Origin: Microcoleus sp.
GTDB taxonomy: Bacteria > Cyanobacteriota > Cyanobacteriia > Cyanobacteriales > Microcoleaceae
Length of the DNA stretch: 64,000 bases
Reading direction: 5' to 3'
Assembly (NCBI GenBank): GCA_042408215.1
Contig: JAYFMW010000016.1
Span: 1 to 64,000 of the forward strand
A program made the position numbers and the translations under genes. Numbering within the stretch: the first letter of the stretch is position 1; each line of letters opens with the position of its first letter. The notes under the pieces were generated by a model, which was not told where the DNA came from, did no database searches, and saw only the letters and a list, made by a program, of their open reading frames with translations. Shown here piece by piece: positions 32,448 through 41,950 of the stretch.

Positions 32448-32473
32448 GACTCTGAGTCTACAGACAATAGTAT
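32448..32473 (-). promoter_or_regulatory. C-box operator
   Basis: Minus strand TACT-ATT-GTC-TGTA-GACT-CAG-AGTC resembles the PvuII-type GACT-N3-AGTC-TGTA-GACT-N3-AGTC; 24 nt upstream of the C gene ATG. Confidence 0.8.
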
Positions 32474-32840
32474 TCAATCCATAGCTGAGCGTCTTTATTC
32501 GATGATGGGGGAAGCGGTGCGGTTGGCGATCGCCCTTTTGTGGGCATGAATAGACATCCACCAATTAATCTCGTAGTTTAACAGTAAAATTAGGCAGCAA
32601 TTTCACCACCAGTTAATCTTTCTTACTACTGGGCGGCCTGGGCAGTTGTTTGATAATGGCGACGAGCGGCGATCCGTTTAGAAGAAGCCAAAGCAGCTTC
32701 AATTGCAACATAACCGCCACTCTTAAGAGCATGGGCAAGTTTCTGAACTTCGCTACCTGAGACTGATTTTGAAACTGTATGCAGTGGGTAATTCCTGACT
32801 AAATCTGATTCAATAACTCTATCATAACAGGGGCGATTCC

Positions 32841-32999
32841 CTAGGGCGTGTTTTCAAACTGCGACCTCAGATCCCGATCCCCCTCGCATCCCCCTTAAAA
32901 AGGGAGTAGGGTGTGAGTAGGGGTTGACGAAAGAGACTCTTTCTCCCCCCTTTTTAAGGGGGGCTGGGGGGGATCTAAGACTTTGAAAACACGCCCTAG
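32841..32999. mobile_element. MITE
   Basis: Inverted ends CTAGGGCGTGTTTTCAAA / TTTGAAAACACGCCCTAG with internal CCCCTT..AAGGGG hairpins. Confidence 0.8.
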
Positions 33000-33050
33000 G
33001 GGATAGCTACGCTTCACACTCCCCATTAAAAAGCTTCCAACCGTATCTCG

Positions 33051-33133
33051 ATTTAACGGTGCGGTTGAGCGACTGCAAATAACATTGGCAACAACACCAA
33101 CAGCTTTCGGCAGTTCGCTTCAACCAGTTAAAC
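33051..33133 (+). other. attC-like palindromic site
   Basis: ATTTAAC ... GGTTGAGCGACTGC / GCAGTTCGCTTCAACC ... GTTAAAC (RYYYAAC and GTTRRRY ends, bulged inner arms). Confidence 0.45.
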
Positions 33134-33161
33134 CGCTGACTACAGAGTTGTTAGTAGAAGC

Positions 33162-34271
33162 TTAATTAGAATATAGTTCAGTGTCCTCCTTCAAAAGCTT
33201 ACACAACTTATCCAAACTTTCCTGACGCTGTTCAATCAGTCTGTTACCGAGGCCCTCTAGGTACTCAATATTAGAGGGACTTGCGTTGTCCATTTGATCG
33301 TGAGCATTCTCGCCACTCAATTGAAGTTGAAAACGGTAGTAGTTTCTGTTCTCTCCTTCAGTCACCATGAGCTGATCGAGCTGATACGCAACAGATTCGC
33401 TTTGACCATCTAGAACAACGTTAAGTAAGGGAATTGCCCATTTGATTTGTCCCCAATTTTTCACATCACTATACTTATATTTCCTAGTTAGCGATCCCGT
33501 ACCCAAAGAAACAACAAGGGTATCAGCACGTCGGAGTTCTTCACCAGTATTTCTCTTGTAAGAAATCATCGCCTCCATCATTGCGAGTGAGGAAGGATTA
33601 TTTGCAAAAATTCCGCCGTCTACCAAAGCGTAATATCCCTCTGCGGTATGATGTACCGTTGGGAGTTTGTAGGGTGGAAAGAATGTCGGTGCAGCAGAAG
33701 TTGCCATTGCTGCCTCAATCATTTTGAATCCCTTACATATTTTGCGGCTATTACGACTCTCGGTTTCCTCTGCTTGCGGATTGCTTGTAAAAAAAATTGG
33801 TTCTCTCAGTTCGAGATCATAGCTCGTGATGAAAATTTCTCGTAATGCGTCTTCAACCTTAGCTTCACCTAAAAGCTCCTTTAAAACTTCTTGCCTACCT
33901 TGTGGGTTGTGCTTGGGTTGTAGCAAATCATCAACAGCACCTGGTATGTCCTCACTAAAAATCTTTTTTCCATATTTGCGATAGAAATTTACAAGTTCGG
34001 CAGATGTATACTTGGGCTCATTATTGATGCTAGAGTCTGGGTGGTTGGTGAGCCCTTCGACTTCGCTCAGGGGCCGCGTAGTCGAACCATTCCGTTTAGT
34101 TAAACCCAGTGCTAAAATTCCTCCTGTTGAAGTGCCTGCAATTAAATCAAACATTGTTGCTATTCGTTTTCCTGTGCGCTCTTCAATGTAGTTGAGAACC
34201 ATAGCAGGAATAATACCCCGAATACCACCACCATCAATTGAGAGAACTCTTCTCTTGAATTTAGTGCCCAT
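33162..34271 (-). CDS. Patatin-like phospholipase
   Basis: DGGGIRG, GTSTG, SAAPTFF, DGG. Confidence 0.93.
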   Translation of the reverse strand: MGTKFKRRVLSIDGGGIRGIIPAMVLNYIEERTGKRIATMFDLIAGTSTGGILALGLTKRNGSTTRPLSEVEGLTNHPDSSINNEPKYTSAELVNFYRKYGKKIFSEDIPGAVDDLLQPKHNPQGRQEVLKELLGEAKVEDALREIFITSYDLELREPIFFTSNPQAEETESRNSRKICKGFKMIEAAMATSAAPTFFPPYKLPTVHHTAEGYYALVDGGIFANNPSSLAMMEAMISYKRNTGEELRRADTLVVSLGTGSLTRKYKYSDVKNWGQIKWAIPLLNVVLDGQSESVAYQLDQLMVTEGENRNYYRFQLQLSGENAHDQMDNASPSNIEYLEGLGNRLIEQRQESLDKLCKLLKEDTELYSN

Positions 34272-34406
34272 AACAGGTGCTCCTTTAGATATTGGTTAAA
34301 TTGTGGTCAACAGAACTGAAGCAAATTCGTACACCATCAAATACCAACACCCAACGTCATCATCCGGAGCACCGCAGCAGATATCAAAGAACGGGATTGT
34401 TTCTGT

Positions 34407-36557
34407 TTACCACTCTTCGCTTTTGAGCCGGAGGCTGGCTAAGGCCCGCACTTGCTCGTCGGCGTCGGAAACTGCAAGCGATCGCAACAAAGCCAAAACA
34501 CCCGGCCTCTTTGACAACATATCGGGATAATGTTCGATAATCGCTTCGAGGGCTGTAAACCGGGGATTGTAAGGAAAAGAACCCTTTTGATTGTCAAAAT
34601 CGCTCAAAGCCCGATCGCGCAAAAACTCAAACATTCCCGGTTCATCCTTCCATCCCCGCACTAACTCTACCAGGGCGATCGCCCGCACCTGGGAATCTCG
34701 ATCATCTTGAGCTCTACTTTTGAGCCACTCAAAAATCTGCGACTCATCTGTCCCACCCCGCGCTAACTTTTGCAAAGCCATTTGTCTCACAGCCGGACTC
34801 TCATCGCCCTCTGCTTTAGCCTCCAACAGCATCCAAGTTTCAGCATTGTCGGGCCAGTTGCGAGCCAGTTCCTGCACCGCGGCTTGTCGAACAACCGCGT
34901 CCTCCGATCTTCGGTAACATCTAAGCTGAAGTTTCAGCCAAGGTAAGGTTTCCGCGTCATCGGGCCACCCCCGCACAATTTCTCGCACCAACACACTCAG
35001 CAGGTGAGAATCTTGCTCAGACTCCACCAGACTTTTAAGAAAAGGCAAGGTCTCGCCCAGGTAAGACCAGCGAGAGGCGATTTGTTTCACAGCAGTTTCT
35101 CGGACATTCAGGTGTCTGTCCGACTTGGCGAGATTTTGCAACCAGACAAACACTTCGAGACTCGCTGACGGTAGTGTGCCGGCGGCTTCCACTGCTACTT
35201 GTCGCACAGTCCAGACATCCTCCGAATCAGCTACTTTTTGCAGCAGGGGCAGGGTTTCCGGGCGATCGGGCCAACCTGCGGCTATCTGTTCTAGGGCTAT
35301 TTCTCGCAGGTCGGCGTCGCGATCGCCCGTAGCTAGATTTTGCAAAAAAGGTAGAGTTGCGGGGTTGTCGGGCCAGCCAGAGGCCACTGCTTGCACTGCC
35401 GATCGCCGGACGGTCGCACTCGTATCGGACTCGACAAGAGTTAAAAGCAAGGGGTAAATGTCTGCTTCGCCGGGCCAGTGGGAGGCCAATTCTGCGATCG
35501 CCGCAATCCGCACTTCTTTGCTGCTATCCTCTCGTGCTAGGGTTTTCAGCAGCAGACAAACGTCGGGCGCTGTCGGCCAACAGTCGGCCAACTCCCGCAC
35601 CGCTACTATTCGTAGAGTAGAACTTCCTGTATGGGCGAGGTTTTTGAGCAGGGAAAAAGTGCCTAAAACAGCGTGCCAACCAGAGGCTATTTCTTGCCAT
35701 GCTGCGACTTGGACTCCCAAATTTTCGTCTGTGTCGGCGATCGTTCTCAGTAGTAGCAAGGTATCTGTGCGATCGTGCCAACCAGAGGCCAACTGTTGCA
35801 GTGCTGCGGTGCGGACAGCGGGGCTGCGATCGGACTGAGCGAGGGTAGCCAGCAGTGGCCTGGTATCGTCCATCTCCGGCCAGCCCAGGGCGATTTCTCT
35901 GACTGCGGTCGATCGCACTGCCCAATTTTGATCCGATTTTACTAGGTTTTTCAGCATCAGGTAAATTTCTGGATCGTCTGGCCAACCACGGGCTATGGCT
36001 TCGACGGCGGTGGCTCGGATTTCGCCGCTGTCGTTGGAGTGAGCCAGTATTTTCAGCCAGGGCAGAGTTTGGGGGTCATTTTTCCAAGTTTTGGCGATCG
36101 TCGCGATCGCTTGGGAACGAATTTGATATGTTTCCTGCAATTCTTGGGCGCTTTCATAAAGAATCAGGAAACCCATGCCGTACTGCAATAACTTTTTTAA
36201 AGCATTTAACAGTTTTTTTTCGGTGATTTTATTGACACCATTTGGATTTTTTAACAGGCATTCGGCTGCTAAAAACAGATTAATAAATTTTTGCTCTTGA
36301 CCGTTTTGTTCCGTCAAGTATTCGACGATTTCGCTAGCTGTTTTTTGTTCTAGCTTAGCTGCAATTTCTTGTAGGAATTCCTGTGACAATTCGTCCCGCC
36401 AATGCTGCCCGAAAACTTTGGTCTTGAGTTCTGCTGAGGTGATTTCGCCAGTTTTGAGTTTGGCAATAATTAACTCTGCCACTGTCTGGGGATTATTTTC
36501 GGCAACAATTTTTTTTAACAACATACCCATATCCTGCGCCCTGGAGTTTGTTTGCAT
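34407..36557 (-). CDS. HEAT-repeat protein
   Basis: Many ~38-aa repeats of the form VR..AV..IA.GWPD...L..LA..D. Confidence 0.88.
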   Translation of the reverse strand: MQTNSRAQDMGMLLKKIVAENNPQTVAELIIAKLKTGEITSAELKTKVFGQHWRDELSQEFLQEIAAKLEQKTASEIVEYLTEQNGQEQKFINLFLAAECLLKNPNGVNKITEKKLLNALKKLLQYGMGFLILYESAQELQETYQIRSQAIATIAKTWKNDPQTLPWLKILAHSNDSGEIRATAVEAIARGWPDDPEIYLMLKNLVKSDQNWAVRSTAVREIALGWPEMDDTRPLLATLAQSDRSPAVRTAALQQLASGWHDRTDTLLLLRTIADTDENLGVQVAAWQEIASGWHAVLGTFSLLKNLAHTGSSTLRIVAVRELADCWPTAPDVCLLLKTLAREDSSKEVRIAAIAELASHWPGEADIYPLLLTLVESDTSATVRRSAVQAVASGWPDNPATLPFLQNLATGDRDADLREIALEQIAAGWPDRPETLPLLQKVADSEDVWTVRQVAVEAAGTLPSASLEVFVWLQNLAKSDRHLNVRETAVKQIASRWSYLGETLPFLKSLVESEQDSHLLSVLVREIVRGWPDDAETLPWLKLQLRCYRRSEDAVVRQAAVQELARNWPDNAETWMLLEAKAEGDESPAVRQMALQKLARGGTDESQIFEWLKSRAQDDRDSQVRAIALVELVRGWKDEPGMFEFLRDRALSDFDNQKGSFPYNPRFTALEAIIEHYPDMLSKRPGVLALLRSLAVSDADEQVRALASLRLKSEEW

Positions 36558-36582
36558 TGAAAATCGTGAACGAACCTGACGG

Positions 36583-38016
36583 TCAACTGAGTACAGTTAG
36601 ACCGCAGGCTTCTTTTTCCCTTTTTGCAAGGGCTTTTTTGAGTGACGGAGTTCCCCCGCCACTTTCGTGATTCAGACCAATTCTTTTGATCAGCTTGGCT
36701 GAATTTTCATCTCTATCTAAAGACTCACCACATTGACAAGAATGCCATCGGTCTGACAATTCTTTAGGTGCTTTATTCAGGCAATTCCAACAATGTTGAG
36801 ACGTACCCTTGGGGTCAACAAATAGAACACTTTTGCCTAATTTCCAGGCGACGTATTTAATCACAGTAGCGAACTGACCGTGAGCCGCGTCTAACATTGA
36901 TTTATTCAAACCGCTTTTAGCCGCCTGACCATTTGGCAAATAGACCACATTACCATCTTCAATATCAGTTTTGATTTTCGCACGTCTAGTTAGATTCTTT
37001 ATCCTCAAATCTTCGAGAATCAGAACATCACACTGTTCAAATAATTTCTGTGCGGTTTTGAATTGAAAATCGAGTCTCGCTCTAACTACAAATTGATGAA
37101 GTTTTGAGATTTTATCCTTGATGATTTTCCCAGGTTTAGAGCCTTTAACTCTTTTCGCTAATTTGGCTTGAAGTCTTGCTAAATTCTCGGCAGACTTTCT
37201 TAAGAACCTAGGGTTTTCGACAAGTTCACCATTAGATAAATAGACATAATTTGTGATTCCCAAATCAATACCAATACTATTCTTTTCGGTCGGTTGAATT
37301 TCTACAACCGATACGGTCACTGTTTTATCTTCTAGCGTCAGGGAAATATACCATCCGTCTGCTTCTCTGATAACTGTACCAGTCTTAACCTTAAATCCTG
37401 TTGGTATTGAACGATGGAACACCATCGGCACTTGACCTATTTTTGCCAGGTCAATACAAATCCGATTTTGCTCATCTTTGATAATGTTTAAATTATCAAG
37501 TTGTGGATAGGTGAAAGATTTGTAGTAGTGGAAACCTTTAAACCGAGGTTTGCCCCTACGATTACCATTCTTGTCGGGTGTCGTAAAATTTGAGAAAGAA
37601 GTTTCCACCCTGTTAACTACATCCTGTAAAACTTGGGAATCCAAGTTCTTGTATTCAGGAAATAAATTTTTGGTGTTTTTCAAGTCAGCTAACTGTACGT
37701 TCAACCATTGTACATATCCGCCGTCAATGTTTGAAAAAACATCCCCTTTTTGAGTTATGGGATTACCAGATTCATCCTTCTTTCTACCGTCTCTAGTTTG
37801 TATCCTAGTTAGAGGAATATTCTTGTAAATTTCCTCAATGGGGACTATCGACGCAGTTAAAGGACAGGAATTGATAGGTGTTCTAGTTGATTCCCACCAG
37901 TTGAATCTTTCTCCCAATCGGTAATTATATTGTCTTCGGCAAAGTTCTAAATGAGCCGATATCGTTACCAGTTGAGATTTCGTTGGTTTCAGTTTATATT
38001 TGTACGTCAGTTGCAT
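36583..38016 (-). CDS. tnpB: RNA-guided endonuclease TnpB (long, 477 aa)
   Basis: YKYKLKPT HTH; GIDLG/LEDL/RDENSA; CWNC..C.C; end hairpins near 36565-36610 and 38145-38185. Confidence 0.92.
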   Translation of the reverse strand: MQLTYKYKLKPTKSQLVTISAHLELCRRQYNYRLGERFNWWESTRTPINSCPLTASIVPIEEIYKNIPLTRIQTRDGRKKDESGNPITQKGDVFSNIDGGYVQWLNVQLADLKNTKNLFPEYKNLDSQVLQDVVNRVETSFSNFTTPDKNGNRRGKPRFKGFHYYKSFTYPQLDNLNIIKDEQNRICIDLAKIGQVPMVFHRSIPTGFKVKTGTVIREADGWYISLTLEDKTVTVSVVEIQPTEKNSIGIDLGITNYVYLSNGELVENPRFLRKSAENLARLQAKLAKRVKGSKPGKIIKDKISKLHQFVVRARLDFQFKTAQKLFEQCDVLILEDLRIKNLTRRAKIKTDIEDGNVVYLPNGQAAKSGLNKSMLDAAHGQFATVIKYVAWKLGKSVLFVDPKGTSQHCWNCLNKAPKELSDRWHSCQCGESLDRDENSAKLIKRIGLNHESGGGTPSLKKALAKREKEACGLTVLS

Positions 38017-38493
38017 GATACATCTTTTTTTTTCGACCTTTTTTATGATAGTTGATGTAGGTCAAATATGCACACTTCTTTGAAGAAAGATTGATGCTCC
38101 AGAAGTATAATTGGCGGACTCCGTACCTACGTCCACCACGCCTTTCATCCCCTCGGTGATTTATTCGGGGTACTGCGGCGCTTGCGCCTCCGAGACATCC
38201 CCTCTAAATACACGCCTTGGACTTCCCGGCGGTTAGTTAAATCTGCGAGGCTATTAGTAGACATCTCCAAAAACTCTTGTGGGGAGTAGGGGTTAGGCAT
38301 CCAGCCAGCCCAAGACTGGCTGTTCACTTCTATGTCTAGTTTATAGTTTTTTGAGCGAGCTTGGAGTAAGGAGCCGATCGCTCTATTTTAGATCAAAGTC
38401 CCCTGCTCTGGATCGCCTTGATGCAAAATCCGCCATCATTCAGAAAAATCTGAGGTAGCGGCGGATGGCGATCGAATAATTAAATGGGACAAT

Positions 38494-38853
38494 CTAGCTA
38501 ATCGCTACCTGCACGCGATCGCCTGCAACCCGAACCGCAAAAGTTGGAATCTTTACCGTTTCATCATCCAGACATTCCCCGGTAATCAGGCTAAAATTTT
38601 GCTTGTAAATAGGAGAAGCAACTTTGAGAGTGCCGTTGCGATCGCCCACAAGTCCCCGCGACAACACAAAAGCCTTACTAAACGGCTCGTAATTGCTCAG
38701 AGCATAAACTTCATCCCCATTTCCCACCCGGAAAATCGCCACTTGTGCGCCCGCTACTAAAGCGCAAACTCCTGTATTGGGGGCGATCGCATCGAGGGAA
38801 CATACATCTACCCAAGTTGTTACTGTATCGCAAACTGGTAATGATTGAATCAT
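38494..38853 (-). CDS. nirD: Nitrite reductase (NADH) small subunit
   Basis: QVAIFR, VLSRGLVGD, VASPIYKQNFSL.TGECL. Confidence 0.93.
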   Translation of the reverse strand: MIQSLPVCDTVTTWVDVCSLDAIAPNTGVCALVAGAQVAIFRVGNGDEVYALSNYEPFSKAFVLSRGLVGDRNGTLKVASPIYKQNFSLITGECLDDETVKIPTFAVRVAGDRVQVAIS

Positions 38854-39086
38854 GTTTTTTTCCTATTAATTTACTTCAATCTAGTGGGAGGGTAGGCACG
38901 GGGAGTAGGGGTCGCACTACCCCTACAAAAGCCTGGTTTTCCTGAGAATGAAACAGCCCTGCCTGATTAAGCGGGGTTATAGCAAGGGTGTTTCATTCTC
39001 TTCTAGGAGAAGCCCCCCGTGACTGCCCCAATTCCTGAAACACCTGTAGGGGCAATCCCCCCGTGGTTGCCCTCGTGGCTGGGGGG

Positions 39087-41651
39087 TTATTCCGAAACTC
39101 CAACCAGAGATTTTTCATATTCATAAGCCGGCCGCATTTGTCCCCGTTCCGCAACACGAACAATACTCGGATCTGGCAAATCGGAATTCACAAAATGCTG
39201 GAACCGCTGCACCTTTTGCGGGTCTTCAATCGTCGTTTTCCACTCACATTGATAAGTATCCACCAAATGCTCCATCTGCGCTTCCAACTCAGCACAAATG
39301 CCTAGAGAATCCTCAATAATCACCTGCTTCAAGTATTCAATGCCCCCCTCAAGTTTATTAAACCAAGTAGCAGTGCGTTCCAGGCGATCGGCAGTGCGGA
39401 TATAGAAAATCAAAAAGCGATCGACATACTTAATCAAAGTTTCCTTATCAATATCCGTCGCCAGCAAAACCGCGTGCTGCGGCTTCATACCACCATTACC
39501 ACACACATACAAATTCCAACCATTCTCCGTCGCAATTATCCCAAAATCCTTACTTTGAGCTTCCGCACATTCGCGAGTGCAACCAGAGACAGCAGACTTG
39601 AATTTGTGAGGAGCACGCAAACCACGATAGCGCAATTCAACCTCGATCGCCAAACTCGTAGAATCCTGCACCCCAAAACGACACCAGGTGCTACCAACAC
39701 AAGATTTTACAGTACGCAAAGCCTTACCATAAGCGTGTCCAGACTCAAATCCCGCATCAATCAACCGACGCCAAATATGCGGCAACTGATCCACACGAGC
39801 CCCAAACAAATCAATCCGCTGCGCGCCAGTAATCTTAGTATAAAGTCCAAATTCCTTAGCAACTTCCCCCAAAACAATCAACTTATCGGGAGTAATTTCT
39901 CCCCCCGGCACTCGCGGCACCACCGAATAAGTACCATCCCGTTGAATGTTAGCCAAAAAGTAATCATTCGTATCTTGCAAACCGACATGAGACTTCTCTA
40001 AAATATGCTCATTCCAAGTAGAAGCCAACATCGAAGCAACAGCAGGCTTGCAAATTTCGCAGCCCTTACCTTTGCCATGTTTTGCGATCGCCTCCTCAAA
40101 GGTTTTGATGCTTTGAGATCGCACTAAATGATACAATTCTTGACGGGAATATTCAAAATGTTCGCAGAGGTGATTTTTCACTGCAAACCCGGCTTTCTTC
40201 ATCTCCGACTTGAAGATATCCGTCACCAAAGGCACGCAGCCACCGCAGCCAGTACCAGCTTGGGTGCATTTCTTGACGCTGGCGACATCAGTTAAATTGC
40301 GATCGCGAATAGCGGCACAAATCTGCCCTTTAGTCACATTATTGCAAGAACAAATTTGAGCAGAATCCGGCAAACTATCCACTCCCAAACCAACAGGTGA
40401 TCCGCCCGATCGCGGTGGCATCAACAAATCTTCAGGATGAGGAGGCAGAGCAATTTCATTTTGCATAAATTGCAACAAAGTGCCGTAAGCAGAAGCATCT
40501 CCCACGAGAATTCCGCCTAAAATCCGGCTACCATCTTGATTCAAAACTAATTTTTTGTAAATACCTTGGAAGGTATCAGCAACAACAATTTCTTTAGCAT
40601 TAGCCGACTTAGCAAAAGCATCTCCAAAACTAGCAACATCCACCCCCAAAAGTTTGAGTTTAGTGGACATATCCGCACCAGTAAAAGTGCTTGTATCCCC
40701 CGCATCTTCACCGCCATCGGCTGCACTGCTTAAAAGATCCGCTGCTACTCCAGCCATTGTATAACCCGGAGCAACTAAGCCGTAAATCCGATTTTGATAA
40801 AGCGCGCATTCTCCGATCGCATAAATGTCAGAATCAGATGTTTGGCAACTATCATTAATGACAATACCACCACGTTCTCCTACTTCGATACCACAACTTC
40901 TCGCAATTTCATCACGAGGGCGAATCCCAGCCGAAAACACAATCATATCTGTTGCCAATTCCGAACCATCAGCAAACAGCATTTTAGCAACTTTGCCATC
41001 TTCGCTAACAATTTCGGTAGTAGACTTACTGGTATGAACCGAAACTCCCAACTCTTCTATTTTGCTACGGAGAATCGCACCGCCAGCCTCATCAACTTGT
41101 ACTGGCATCAGTCGTGGCGCAAACTCAACTACATGAGTTTTCAAACCCATATTTTGCAGAGCATTCGCACATTCTAAGCCCAACAAACCGCCGCCGATTA
41201 CTACGCCAACTTGGCAATTTTTAGCGTAATCTGACATCGCTTCCAAGTCATCAATTGTCCGATAAACAAAAGTACCCTGAGCATCTTTGCCTTTAATTGA
41301 CGGTACAAATGGATAGGAACCGGTGGCTAGAACAATTTTGTCATAGGGAACTTCTAAACCATTGGCTGAAGAGACTGTTTTTTGTTCCCGATCGATCGCA
41401 ACTGCTTTGTCGCCGATGTGAATCTTAATCTCATTTTCTTGATAAAAGCCCGGTGCAACTAGAGATAAATCTCCCGCTGTTTTGCCAGAGAAAAAGCCGC
41501 TGAGGTTTACGCGATCGTAAGCAACGCGCGCTTCTTCGCAGAAAGTAATTAAATTCCAGTGTTCCGCCGCTCCTTTAGCAACCATTAACTCTAAGAACTT
41601 GTGGCCCACCATGCCATTGCCGATTACAACGAGGTTTTTTTTTGCTGTCAT
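39087..41651 (-). CDS. nirB: Nitrite reductase (NADH) large subunit
   Basis: GNGMVG FAD motif, GGGLLGLE, BFD-like CSC/GCGGC, KSCVGSTWCR, SGCTRECA. Confidence 0.96.
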   Translation of the reverse strand: MTAKKNLVVIGNGMVGHKFLELMVAKGAAEHWNLITFCEEARVAYDRVNLSGFFSGKTAGDLSLVAPGFYQENEIKIHIGDKAVAIDREQKTVSSANGLEVPYDKIVLATGSYPFVPSIKGKDAQGTFVYRTIDDLEAMSDYAKNCQVGVVIGGGLLGLECANALQNMGLKTHVVEFAPRLMPVQVDEAGGAILRSKIEELGVSVHTSKSTTEIVSEDGKVAKMLFADGSELATDMIVFSAGIRPRDEIARSCGIEVGERGGIVINDSCQTSDSDIYAIGECALYQNRIYGLVAPGYTMAGVAADLLSSAADGGEDAGDTSTFTGADMSTKLKLLGVDVASFGDAFAKSANAKEIVVADTFQGIYKKLVLNQDGSRILGGILVGDASAYGTLLQFMQNEIALPPHPEDLLMPPRSGGSPVGLGVDSLPDSAQICSCNNVTKGQICAAIRDRNLTDVASVKKCTQAGTGCGGCVPLVTDIFKSEMKKAGFAVKNHLCEHFEYSRQELYHLVRSQSIKTFEEAIAKHGKGKGCEICKPAVASMLASTWNEHILEKSHVGLQDTNDYFLANIQRDGTYSVVPRVPGGEITPDKLIVLGEVAKEFGLYTKITGAQRIDLFGARVDQLPHIWRRLIDAGFESGHAYGKALRTVKSCVGSTWCRFGVQDSTSLAIEVELRYRGLRAPHKFKSAVSGCTRECAEAQSKDFGIIATENGWNLYVCGNGGMKPQHAVLLATDIDKETLIKYVDRFLIFYIRTADRLERTATWFNKLEGGIEYLKQVIIEDSLGICAELEAQMEHLVDTYQCEWKTTIEDPQKVQRFQHFVNSDLPDPSIVRVAERGQMRPAYEYEKSLVGVSE

Positions 41652-41716
41652 TAGAAATTATTTAATCCATATATTAGTTGTTGTTTTATTAATATAAGAA
41701 ATTTCCATAAATTTTT

Positions 41717-41730
41717 GTGTTTCACGATAC
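41717..41730 (-). promoter_or_regulatory. Possible NtcA site upstream of nirB
   Basis: GTA-TCGTGAAA-CAC (one mismatch to GTA-N8-TAC) in A/T flanks; TATATT 20 nt downstream, slightly shorter than the usual spacing. Confidence 0.35.
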
Positions 41731-41950
41731 AAAATATTGATTGTATATGCAATTGTTGAATGCTAGCGATTGCATTTTTGCATGATGTAAGTAGGGTGCG
41801 TCACGGAGGTTTTTTTTGACATGAAGAGCGAGATTTTTGCTGCGGGGCACCTTACAGTTAAGTCTGGTGCGTCTCTGAAGTCTTTTTGACATGAAAATTT
41901 ACATTTTTTTCATTGACGCACCCTACAGGTTTCAAATTTTTAATTATTAT

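Noticed and set aside
32600..32826. Decayed Hpt-domain gene on the minus strand (QKLAHALKSGG)
   Set aside because: A single motif-like fragment among stops; too weak to call
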